Below, in pieces: positions 1 to 8,474 of a stretch of 64,000 nucleotides of DNA. The stretch lies in contig JACPRH010000017.1 in assembly GCA_016190055.1 (NCBI GenBank), positions 6,601-70,600 of the forward strand, read 5' to 3'. Under the pieces are notes generated by a model, which ran no database searches, was not told the DNA's origin, and saw only the letters and a program-made list of their open reading frames with translations. This DNA is from Nitrososphaerota archaeon (lineage in GTDB: Archaea; Thermoproteota; Nitrososphaeria; Nitrososphaerales; JACPRH01). Each line of letters starts with the position of its first letter. The first letter of the stretch is position 1. Made by a program: the position numbers and the translations under genes.

Positions 1-920
1 AGGAGCCTTCACAAGGCGGAGTCAAATTCCATCTCACAGATCCTCTCAGCTTCTACGATCTAAGAGAGTGGGGTTTCCCCGACAACGGCAAATACTGCGG
101 CTCACCCTGCATTAACTTCCCATCAGCGTTCAACGGCATCTTCGCCACAGACATGTCCATCAACCCGAATACACAAACACTATTCCACTACTCTAACGTG
201 GTAATGTGGGCCTTCAAATCACTACCAATGACTGCAGGAAAAACCGTGCAACAGTCAGTCCCCATCACCGCCCGTGACAACTCAACAATCGTAGCAAGAG
301 ATGTCGCAACAGGCAAAGTCAAGTGGACCTACTTCTACCCATACAGCGCCCAACGCAGCCACATGGTCGTCACAGGAGGCATGGTGTTCACTGGCTTCAC
401 AGACGGCAACATGAGATTCCTAAACGAAGACACCGGCAACCTTCTAAGAACAATAAACCTAGGAACAGGCATAGTCACCGGCCCAACAATAGGGAAGGAC
501 TCTGACGGAAACTCAAAGATCTTCGTAATAGCAGGCTCAACAAGCATAGTCGGCCCCTACGGCGGAGCAGCCTACGGAGGACTAGGAGCCCTAGTACCCG
601 GCACACTAGTAGCAATCGGCCTCTCAGACAGAGCAGCCTCCACAGTCACAACAACTTCGGTAACAACCACCACCGCAACCACAACAGCAACCTCAACAAC
701 CACAGCCACAACAACCACAGCCACAACAAGCATATCCACCACAACCGCAACCACCACAGCCACAACATCAACCACAATCACCTCAACACAACCAGCACAA
801 ACCACCACCCTAACCTCAGAAGTCACCACAGGACTACCCTCAGAAATCACCTACGCAGTAGCAGCAATAGCAGTAATCGCAATCATCGCAGCAGCATTCC
901 TAGCAATGCGACGAAGATAA
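1..920 (+). CDS. PQQ-dependent dehydrogenase-like surface protein, 3' part (5' end outside window), Thr-rich stalk + C-terminal TM anchor
   Basis: Frame is open from position 3 (EPSQGGVKFHLTDP...NGIFATDM) and is clearly paralogous to 23284-25446. It has beta-propeller motifs (ARDVATGKVKW), a Thr-rich run and GLPSEITYA-TM-RRR. Confidence 0.8.
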   Translation, partial: EPSQGGVKFHLTDPLSFYDLREWGFPDNGKYCGSPCINFPSAFNGIFATDMSINPNTQTLFHYSNVVMWAFKSLPMTAGKTVQQSVPITARDNSTIVARDVATGKVKWTYFYPYSAQRSHMVVTGGMVFTGFTDGNMRFLNEDTGNLLRTINLGTGIVTGPTIGKDSDGNSKIFVIAGSTSIVGPYGGAAYGGLGALVPGTLVAIGLSDRAASTVTTTSVTTTTATTTATSTTTATTTTATTSISTTTATTTATTSTTITSTQPAQTTTLTSEVTTGLPSEITYAVAAIAVIAIIAAAFLAMRRR

Positions 921-937
921 ACCCCAGTAACATTAAT

Positions 938-977
938 AGACGATCTCCACATGGAGATCGTCTCTCCCCTTTTTCTT
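938..977 (+). terminator. Hairpin + pyrimidine tract after PQQ-DH gene
   Basis: AGACGATCTCCA/TGGAGATCGTCT stem followed by CTCCCCTTTTTCTT. Confidence 0.7.
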
Positions 978-1072
978 GACCTTGACGCAACTCAATATAT
1001 CAGTAACAGTTTTAGTCTATCTACAAACTGCGTAGCATATTTGCGTGAATTGCTTCTAGTTGATTAGAAATA

Positions 1073-1108
1073 TTGGTTGTATAGGTGCCGTCTTACCACA
1101 GTTTATAT
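1073..1108 (+). promoter_or_regulatory. Conserved upstream box + TATA box of PQQ-DH gene
   Basis: TTGGTTGTATAGGTGCCGTCTTACCACAGTTTATAT, 31/36 identical to 8205-8240 (- strand). The TATA lies ~26 nt before ATG 1134. Confidence 0.7.
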
Positions 1109-1133
1109 CTCACCATCAAACGAAATATTATTA

Positions 1134-3323
1134 ATGATATTAGGAAAATCTCGTATAACTATTCTATCCGTACTTATTGTGCTGACATTCAGCACCTTCG
1201 CACCTGTACTAGTATATGCAGCACCTCTCGCGAACAATAGTAAAGATTGGCAGCACATAGAGGGCAACTCATGGGGATGGAACTACAGCCCTCAAACCCA
1301 AATCAACAAGGACAACGTGAACCAGCTTGAAGTTAAATGGATTGCACCAATACCGGGTGTAGCAAGCAGACCCGCAGGACTACAATCCATAAGCCTAGGT
1401 GAAGGAATCTCAGCACCCCTGCTGATCCATGGTGGCAAGGTCGCCGGTGTTACCAACTTTCTTAAAACGCTACAGTATGATATGGTGACTGGGCAGCTCC
1501 TGTGGACAAACGACTACACTGTTGATGTCACGAAGGAGATTACCAGATTGCCGCTGCAAGCATCCCAACCTCTTCACCTTCACGGCACACGCTACTGGGA
1601 GGCAGGTAACGCAGTCCTGCAGGTCGGACTGGTCTGCGACTTCTACGGAGTGGACTGGAACACAGGCAAAACCTCATTCAGAGTACCAGATCTCTGTCTC
1701 AATATCCCTGGTAACGTCTACAAGTACCAGAGTCAACTTATGGGATCAGGTGAAGCGGCAATAGGAACTTGGGAGAAGGGAAAACAGTTCATCTACGGGC
1801 TGCAGGGCTCCTTACAGGGTGACTTCGTATCAGGCCGCAGCCTGTTCGAAGGTATCGATATGGACACAAAGCAGGTGGTGTGGAGAGTCTTCAACCAGCC
1901 ACCTCAGGATATGGCTGACAAAGACTGGGCGCTACAAGAATGCGACATAGGTTATCTTGTAACAACATCCTGCAGCAAGTTCGCCTCAGATCCAAGTAAC
2001 CGAGCACTACTCGAATACGATTGGCAGGCCGTCCCCGGGCAACCTCCTCACAGGCTGAACGGTGTCAGCGCAAGCTGGGCTGAACCAATAGTCGACGAGG
2101 ACACAGGCCTGATGTACATACAGACCGGTAACCAGAGCCCCTACTCAAACCTCACCTCAAGACCCGGACCAAACCTGTACGGATCAACAATAATGGCTAT
2201 CGACATGAATGCAGGCAAACGTGCTTGGTGGGTACAACCCTATCCACATGATCCATATGATAAGGACTGCAACTGGGGCGGGATGCTGATAGATCATCCG
2301 AAGATTGGCAAGGTCTTCGTGAAAGGATGCAAGGACGGATTCATGTATGTAATTGACGCGAAGACAGGAAAGCCTCTACAGAGATGGGATGCCGTCGTCG
2401 AATCATATGGTGAGAACGATCGCTCATACATAATATATGATCCGCCAACCAAGGAAATGTTAACTCTACCTTGGGCAGGAGCAGGGAAAGAAGAGGTCAA
2501 GGCTTGGGCGAGGGTTAACCCAACCACCGTACTTTTGCGTCCAGGAGTCAATGACTTCGCTGGAGACGCCGCATACGATGGTGAAAACACTATCTACTAC
2601 AAGCCTACCGCCGGCGAATGGAAGATGCAGACTATAGATCTAGAACAATCAGGGGCAAAGGGATTAGCCTCATGGATAGTGTTACCCAGCAGCGCCCCAG
2701 CAAACACCACACTTGTTGCAAGAGACCTAGTGACTGGCCAAATTAAGTGGAGTTATGGGCCCTTCCCAGGTGCACACCGCGTAATGGGTGACCACGTGGT
2801 TATCACAGGAGGCATGATAATTGCTCCTAACAATGACGGATACATATACTACCTAGACAAAGACACAGGTAAGCTTCTCCGCAAAATGGTCATGGGCGCA
2901 ACAATGATAACAGGAGCCTCAGTAGGACAAGATTCTGCCGGTAATACGAAGATCATGCAAATAGTCGGTGTAGGCGTCCAAATGATGGCAGGATTCGTAA
3001 CCCCAATGGGCTCCCCGTCAGCCGGCACAATAGTAGCCATAGGACTATCAGAACAAGCAGGAGGCAAGGCCACAACAGTGACGACTACCGCCGTATCAAC
3101 ATCTGTCACTACCTCAATATCTACATCAATAGCCACCTCAACAACAACCTCGGCCACAACAGTTACAACAGCAACCACCATAACCTCCAGTGCGCCAACA
3201 CAAACCGTGACTCAATCAGTTACCCAGACTACAGGACTACCTTCAGAAGTCACCTACGCAGCAGTAGCAGTAGCAGTAATAGCTATCATAGGCGCAGCAG
3301 TACTACTAATGAGAAAGAAGTAG
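1134..3323 (+). CDS. PQQ-dependent dehydrogenase-like surface protein (signal peptide, beta-propeller, Thr stalk, TM anchor)
   Basis: Motifs DWQ..GN..WNYSPQTQINKDNVNQLEVKW, TGN, NLYGSTIMAIDMNAGKRAWW, PHDPYDKDCNW and KGCKDG are typical of quinoprotein alcohol/sugar dehydrogenases. Start moved from 1077 to ATG 1134 on TATA spacing. Confidence 0.8.
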   Translation: MILGKSRITILSVLIVLTFSTFAPVLVYAAPLANNSKDWQHIEGNSWGWNYSPQTQINKDNVNQLEVKWIAPIPGVASRPAGLQSISLGEGISAPLLIHGGKVAGVTNFLKTLQYDMVTGQLLWTNDYTVDVTKEITRLPLQASQPLHLHGTRYWEAGNAVLQVGLVCDFYGVDWNTGKTSFRVPDLCLNIPGNVYKYQSQLMGSGEAAIGTWEKGKQFIYGLQGSLQGDFVSGRSLFEGIDMDTKQVVWRVFNQPPQDMADKDWALQECDIGYLVTTSCSKFASDPSNRALLEYDWQAVPGQPPHRLNGVSASWAEPIVDEDTGLMYIQTGNQSPYSNLTSRPGPNLYGSTIMAIDMNAGKRAWWVQPYPHDPYDKDCNWGGMLIDHPKIGKVFVKGCKDGFMYVIDAKTGKPLQRWDAVVESYGENDRSYIIYDPPTKEMLTLPWAGAGKEEVKAWARVNPTTVLLRPGVNDFAGDAAYDGENTIYYKPTAGEWKMQTIDLEQSGAKGLASWIVLPSSAPANTTLVARDLVTGQIKWSYGPFPGAHRVMGDHVVITGGMIIAPNNDGYIYYLDKDTGKLLRKMVMGATMITGASVGQDSAGNTKIMQIVGVGVQMMAGFVTPMGSPSAGTIVAIGLSEQAGGKATTVTTTAVSTSVTTSISTSIATSTTTSATTVTTATTITSSAPTQTVTQSVTQTTGLPSEVTYAAVAVAVIAIIGAAVLLMRKK

Positions 3324-3337
3324 GAAAAAGCAGAAGA

Positions 3338-3372
3338 GACGATCCTGTGAGGATCGTCACTCCCTTCTTTTT
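3338..3372 (+). terminator. Hairpin + pyrimidine tract
   Basis: GACGATCCT/AGGATCGTC stem then ACTCCCTTCTTTTT. Confidence 0.7.
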
Positions 3373-3401
3373 ACCGTAACTAAACCTTGCGCTTCGTAGT
3401 T

Positions 3402-3486
3402 GGGGTACTGCGGAGGTGGGGTTGTGGCGGCCAAGACAGCTGGTCAAATTTTCCCCACAGGGTGCAGGAGCCACATGCCTGCACCC
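3402..3486. ncRNA. Candidate pseudoknotted structured RNA, copy 1 (unknown family; strand unresolved)
   Basis: Near-identical to 5772-5856 and 22951-23038. Stems GTGGGG/CCCCAC and GGGTGCAGG/CCTGCACCC; loop GCCACA is complementary to upstream TGTGGC. Confidence 0.6.
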
Positions 3487-3603
3487 AAAGCCCTACTCCA
3501 ATTAATCATCAGCAATTCTCAACACTCATTGATCGCAGGAAACTCTCAGAAACCGACTATTCCAGCCAAATCTAGCCACGCTAGGAACTGGCGGAGTAGC
3601 AGG

Positions 3604-4200
3604 CTAATTCTGCTCCGGCAGCTCTTTTCTAATATGGAACCAGTTTCTCCACATTAAGGGTAGGTTTTTGCCGTACCATTGGTGGAACCAGCTGAGTATT
3701 TCGCTGCGTGTTAGGCCGGCGAGCTGCGCATCCTCCTCAGATAGCTTGTATGGATCTATCTGCTCTGTCTTGTATACTTCAATAACACACTGTGGTTCTT
3801 TGAGATGTGCTTTTACGAAGCGGCTGTGAATAACATAGTAGTAGCCGTGTTTCGGAGTCGTCCTGTAGGTGCACTGGACTTCGCCTCGAAGAATCTTCTC
3901 AATAAGAGGAGCAATAAACACAATCTGCTTAACCCGATTATAATACGCGTCAACAGCCTCAACCCTGAAAGCCTCAGGAAACTTTGCTAGCAGTAAACTC
4001 ACATTCTCATTAAAACTTAGAGTCGGGTCCATCTCACTATCCCAATCAACCCTGCTAAACACATCAGCAGCAGCAACAGACTCAGCAATCCACTTCTTAC
4101 ACCGCTTAACAACAACAGCAGAACCAACACCCCCACTACCACCACTACGACTACTGCGACGCAACCCTAAATCACCAACACCCTCTAAACAACCAAGCAA
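3604..4200 (-). CDS. ASCH/PUA-like domain protein (start uncertain)
   Basis: C-terminal half resembles ASCH proteins (EKILRGEVQCTYR...KLSEEDAQLAG...W). The 5' part is low-complexity, so the true start is probably further downstream. Confidence 0.5.
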   Translation of the reverse strand: MLGCLEGVGDLGLRRSSRSGGSGGVGSAVVVKRCKKWIAESVAAADVFSRVDWDSEMDPTLSFNENVSLLLAKFPEAFRVEAVDAYYNRVKQIVFIAPLIEKILRGEVQCTYRTTPKHGYYYVIHSRFVKAHLKEPQCVIEVYKTEQIDPYKLSEEDAQLAGLTRSEILSWFHQWYGKNLPLMWRNWFHIRKELPEQN

Positions 4201-4644
4201 ACAACAAACAAAGCCCCTCAGAATATAAAACTTACAGCAAGCACCCCGGTTCTGTTGATTGTTTGGGTGTTGTACTTGGATGTTGGAATCTGGGTGGTAA
4301 GGATTAGAGGGAATGAACGGTACTCAGAGAGAGGGTTAAGGTTCAGCGAGGCTGGAAAACGATGAGTACACCCTTAGCGGAGGGAGCAAGAATCAATTAC
4401 AATTTCATCAAGCCACACTCAGCATTAGACGGTCAAACTCCAGCTGAGCGAGCTAAGCTAGATAGAGAAACATGGATGACCTGCTAAAGAAAAGCCTAAG
4501 CCAAGTACCTTAAACTATCAGAACCCGCCATGAAATACTTTATATTTCCTGTACGCTGACGGAAAGGTTGCATGAAATTGAGCGAAAAAGTCGTTTCTCG
4601 TTCCGTGGCCATTTACACGGCATGAAGAAGATAAAGAAAGGAAA

Positions 4645-5526
4645 TTGTCCAAGCATCATAACCCATACGTTAAGAAGGCGGAAAATATTGCGCTACTATC
4701 CGCAATCATCGTCGGCAGCATAGGCATTGCCGAACTCAGCGTAGCGCAGATATCTGGAAGCATTTCACTGCTGGCAGACGGCATCGACGCCATGTCTGAC
4801 GCAAGCGTAACCACAATAGTGTGGTTAGGCATTCGAATAAGCCGTAAGAAAGCTGATAGCCTATTCCACTACGGCTATTACCGTGCAGAGAACCTTTCTG
4901 CATTTCTAATCGCCATAATGCTTGCAATAGTGAGCGGTCTAACATTCTATAATGGATATCTTAGATTTTTTTCACCCATTGCGATAGGATCACCTGCTAT
5001 AGCGCTAGCAACCGCATTCATAGCAGGAACCGTGTCACTGATCTTAGCATTCATCAAGAGAAACATAGCTATCAAATCGAACCTTCTCTCCCTTAAAGCT
5101 GAGGCGACAAACGCAATCAAGGACGGCTCAGCATCCTTTATAGTGTTCTTTAGCATCCTCGCCTCTTTTCTAGGTTTCACACAGATGGACTCGATTGGAG
5201 CAATGATCGTGACCGTATTAATCGCCACAGTGTCGATGACAATCTTGAAGGAAACCACTCTCATACTTCTAGATGCTTGGCATAATCCTGAAGTAGTTAC
5301 TGAGATGAAAAAAATGGTCGAGAATGTTGACGGCGTACGCCTGAAAACTATTAAGCTCAGACAAAGCGGGCCCTACATAGTCGGTGAAATGATAATAACT
5401 GTCAACCCAGAACTAACAGTAGCCGAACTAACCAAGATAAAGGATAAAATTCAGGAAACAGTAAAAAACAAGATAAAAGGATTAGAGAGCCTCATAATTT
5501 CTGCGGAACCACATGGCGATAGATAA
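4645..5526 (+). CDS. Cation diffusion facilitator (CDF/FieF-like) transporter
   Basis: GSISLLADGIDAMSD, HYGYYRAE, six TM segments and a C-terminal ZT dimer domain ending in EPH. Confidence 0.9.
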   Translation: MSKHHNPYVKKAENIALLSAIIVGSIGIAELSVAQISGSISLLADGIDAMSDASVTTIVWLGIRISRKKADSLFHYGYYRAENLSAFLIAIMLAIVSGLTFYNGYLRFFSPIAIGSPAIALATAFIAGTVSLILAFIKRNIAIKSNLLSLKAEATNAIKDGSASFIVFFSILASFLGFTQMDSIGAMIVTVLIATVSMTILKETTLILLDAWHNPEVVTEMKKMVENVDGVRLKTIKLRQSGPYIVGEMIITVNPELTVAELTKIKDKIQETVKNKIKGLESLIISAEPHGDR

Positions 5527-5771
5527 CTCCGGTCAGTCTAATAGCAGTTAACAGTAAAATCCGATAGCTAGCAAGTTGAATATTACCACCCGAATTTCAA
5601 CACCCGTTTTAAACACCCGAAGAATGAACAGACCTTAACGTGCCACTAAACCAACTATCTAAGGCTCGAAGAGATTCCCGTCCGAATTTTGCTAGAAACT
5701 AAAAGATCATGTGACCTGGCCTGTAGGTGGAAAGATAGTAGAATCGCTCGTACCGATTTTGATAAATGTTT

Positions 5772-5856
5772 GGATGCAGTCATGTGGCTCCTGCACCCGT
5801 GGGGAAAATATGACCAGCCTGTCGTTTGAGCCGCCACAACCCCACCTCTACGGTAG
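5772..5856. ncRNA. Candidate pseudoknotted structured RNA, copy 2 (inverted relative to copy 1)
   Basis: Reverse complement reads GAGGTGGGGTTGTGGCGGCTCAAACGACAGGCTGGTCATATTTTCCCCACGGGTGCAGGAGCCACATGACTGCATCC. Confidence 0.6.
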
Positions 5857-5876
5857 TAGAGCTAAAGGTTGAACAC

Positions 5877-5913
5877 AAAAAATGGGGAAGGACGATCCTT
5901 GCTCAGGATCGTC
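5877..5913 (-). terminator. Hairpin + pyrimidine tract
   Basis: On the - strand, GACGATCCT/AGGATCGTC stem then CTTCCCCATTTTTT. Confidence 0.7.
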
Positions 5914-5926
5914 TACACGCTGTTTC

Positions 5927-8179
5927 TTACTTCTTTCGCATCATCATTACTGCTGCTGCGACTATGGCAATGACTGCTATTCCGATTGCTGCGTAGGTTA
6001 CTGGACCCATGGTTTCTGTAGCTGACGTAGCGGTTACGGTCTGTCCAGGTGCAGTAGTAGTTACCGTAGTAGCTACAGTTGTTGCAGAGGTGCTTATGGC
6101 TGTTGTTGTGACGGTTGTGCTCGCGGTGGTGGTTGCAGTGGTTGCTGATGTTGATGTGACAGTCTGGGTTGTTGATGAGGTGATAGTGGTGCTGGCGGTT
6201 GTTGTCACGGTTGTTGTTTTGGCCTCGGCTGCAGCTCGATCGGATAGACCTAGAGCAATTATGGTGGCCGACAAGGCGCGACCAGCGCTGCCGGTTGCGC
6301 CGCCGGATACGAGAGTCAGTATCTTTGAGTTGCCGGCGGAGTCTGCGCCTATTGTAGGTCCGACCCACATCGCTGCACCGACGTTGATTTCATGCAGAAG
6401 TTTGCCTGTATCCTTGTCTAGGAATCTCACGTAGCCGTCTCCAAAGCCGCTGTAAACCATGCCGCCTGTTACGACCATGTGTGAGCGCTGCTGATTGACT
6501 GGCCAGAACCAGGTCCATTTGGCCTTGCCGGTAGCCAAGTCTCTTGCGACAATGGTGGTGTTCGTTATGGGGTAACTCTTAGTAGTGAAGAGGTTTCCTC
6601 CAACGACGTAGGGATTCTCCTTCAGTATATCCACCTGCAGGCCTATTGCATAGTGAATTACTGTCTGTGTCTCCGGGTCGTATGACGGATCTGTGGCGAA
6701 GAGTCCATTGGACCAGAACGGATAGACTGTACATGGGAGAGTGCAGGCTTTACCCTTGTCACCTGGCTTAGTAGCTGGATAGCTTATCCAGTTCCATTCT
6801 CTCATATCGTAGCTGCTATATGGGTCTGGTCGATAGTACTTGACACCCTCAGGCATCGTCTTCAATGCTGATGCACCTATTTGTCCCCAACTTACCTGCT
6901 CAGCCACCACATCGGCTGTCCATACGGGTTTGCCGGTCTTGGCGTCCATTGCGTACAATACTCCTTCCTTGCAGCCCTTCACGTAGATTTTGCCTACTGT
7001 AGATGACTCAGCTAGCATGCCGCTCCAGTTGCAGTCGTAGTCATATGGATCGTGCGGGAATGGCTGTAGCCACCAGGCGCGTTGACCCTTGTTCATATCG
7101 ATGGCCATGATGGTGCTTCCATACAGCCGCGGACCTGGAGCCAGAGACATGTTCGAGTAGGGCCCTTGGTTGCCGGTATTGGTGTATAATATGCCTGTGT
7201 CCTCATCAATTACGGGTTGACCCCAGTTCGAGGTTACACCAGCCCACTTGCTCGGAGCTTGGTTAGGTAGAGCAAAGTCCCATTCGAGTCCAGCTTGGTT
7301 CTTAGCTGCCACATCTGTACATGGATTTGTGCGGAAGTAGCCTATGTCGCATTCCTGTAGGGCCCAGTCTTTTGTAAGCCGGTCATATGGTGGGCTGCTG
7401 TAGACTTTCCATATGATATTGTAGGGTGCATCCATACTTATGCCGACAGTAGTATGCCTTCCATTTCCTGCTCCGTCAGCTCTTAGCGAGCTGTGAATGT
7501 AGCCGGGGAGGACGTAGACGAATTGACGACCCTTTTCGTATGTTCCAACATCCGCTACAGAGTTTAATGTTTGTCTATAGATGAAATTGCTTGAAACCAG
7601 TTGTCCATCGATATTTGTTTTACAGATATCCGCGATCCGGAACTTTGTCTTACCTGTCTTCGCATCTATAGCGTAGATGTCACAGGCCTTTCCGCCGACA
7701 AGTATTGCATCTCCACCCTCCCAGTACCTTACACCGTGAGAGTGACCCGAACCGAATATTACGGGTAGCTTCGCCGCTTCTGTGGCGTTGATCAGATAGT
7801 CGTGTGACCATACCTGTTTGCCGGTCTTCATGTCAATAGCGTATGTTCTGAAGAAGTTCGTGGTGACATAAGCTATGCCGTTGTGGATTATAGGCGGCGC
7901 GGTTGAACCATCCTCCATACCTAGAGAGGTCATCGCCGCCGGCGATAGGGCTTTGCTTCCGAGTGGGAACACCCACTTTACCTCCAGATCCTTCACGTTG
8001 TTCTTGTTGATCTGGGTCTGTGGGCTGTAGTTCCAAGCCCATGAGTTGCCGTTCACACGCTGCCAATCCTTGTCACTATTCGACAGGGGTGCTGCGTACG
8101 CGAGTGCTGGAATGAATGCGCTGAACGCTAGTATAACTAGTACAGTATAATTTGTTACTCTATATCTTCTAGATAACAT
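5927..8179 (-). CDS. PQQ-dependent dehydrogenase-like surface protein
   Basis: Same motifs as 1134-3323 (YSPQTQIN, TGNQGP, PHDPYDYDCNW, GCKEG), Thr stalk, TM-RKK. Start MLSRRY at 8179 chosen from TATA spacing. Confidence 0.8.
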   Translation of the reverse strand: MLSRRYRVTNYTVLVILAFSAFIPALAYAAPLSNSDKDWQRVNGNSWAWNYSPQTQINKNNVKDLEVKWVFPLGSKALSPAAMTSLGMEDGSTAPPIIHNGIAYVTTNFFRTYAIDMKTGKQVWSHDYLINATEAAKLPVIFGSGHSHGVRYWEGGDAILVGGKACDIYAIDAKTGKTKFRIADICKTNIDGQLVSSNFIYRQTLNSVADVGTYEKGRQFVYVLPGYIHSSLRADGAGNGRHTTVGISMDAPYNIIWKVYSSPPYDRLTKDWALQECDIGYFRTNPCTDVAAKNQAGLEWDFALPNQAPSKWAGVTSNWGQPVIDEDTGILYTNTGNQGPYSNMSLAPGPRLYGSTIMAIDMNKGQRAWWLQPFPHDPYDYDCNWSGMLAESSTVGKIYVKGCKEGVLYAMDAKTGKPVWTADVVAEQVSWGQIGASALKTMPEGVKYYRPDPYSSYDMREWNWISYPATKPGDKGKACTLPCTVYPFWSNGLFATDPSYDPETQTVIHYAIGLQVDILKENPYVVGGNLFTTKSYPITNTTIVARDLATGKAKWTWFWPVNQQRSHMVVTGGMVYSGFGDGYVRFLDKDTGKLLHEINVGAAMWVGPTIGADSAGNSKILTLVSGGATGSAGRALSATIIALGLSDRAAAEAKTTTVTTTASTTITSSTTQTVTSTSATTATTTASTTVTTTAISTSATTVATTVTTTAPGQTVTATSATETMGPVTYAAIGIAVIAIVAAAVMMMRKK

Positions 8180-8204
8180 TAGAGCCTTATTTGAAAATGG
8201 CCGC

Positions 8205-8240
8205 ATATAAATGGTGGTAAGACGGCATCCATACGACCAA
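8205..8240 (-). promoter_or_regulatory. Conserved upstream box + TATA box
   Basis: TTGGTCGTATGGATGCCGTCTTACCACCATTTATAT, matches 1073-1108. Confidence 0.7.
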
Positions 8241-8474
8241 ACAGATCATAACTTACTAAAAAGTGCAAATTATACAATCAGGACTTACCGCTTTAGCATC
8301 CATCCAATGCACTAATTATCAGCAATAGGCTGGAGCTGCGCCGTGTGTCGACCGGCTTACTCTATATGCAAATAGGTGATGCTTCTTAACCGGGCAGAAT
8401 CTGATCGAGCCATAATTAGCCCAAAAAATGAGGGTGATTACCGCATTGAAAAGATCGTTCGCTACACCTATCTA

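Noticed and set aside
640-830. ACA/ACC-rich repeats (also ~3070-3230, 6020-6220, 23390-23530) as CRISPR or non-coding repeats
   Set aside because: They encode Thr-rich linkers and show no repeat-spacer periodicity. The Val-rich antisense ORFs are shadows.
3402-3486. Element as HDV-like, pistol or hammerhead ribozyme, SECIS, or cobalamin/ZTP riboswitch
   Set aside because: The catalytic and consensus nucleotides are not recognisable, and the adjacent genes have no in-frame TGA. Left as unknown.
3387-3657. ORFs 3387-3575, 3400-3657 and 5655-5837 sharing GCRSHM
   Set aside because: The similarity comes from the repeated element. Indels shift the frame between copies and the changes are base-pair compensatory, so it is not a conserved protein.
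4210-4640. 430-bp intergenic region considered for a C/D-box sRNA
   Set aside because: Only isolated partial box-like words, with no convincing C/D'/C'/D arrangement.
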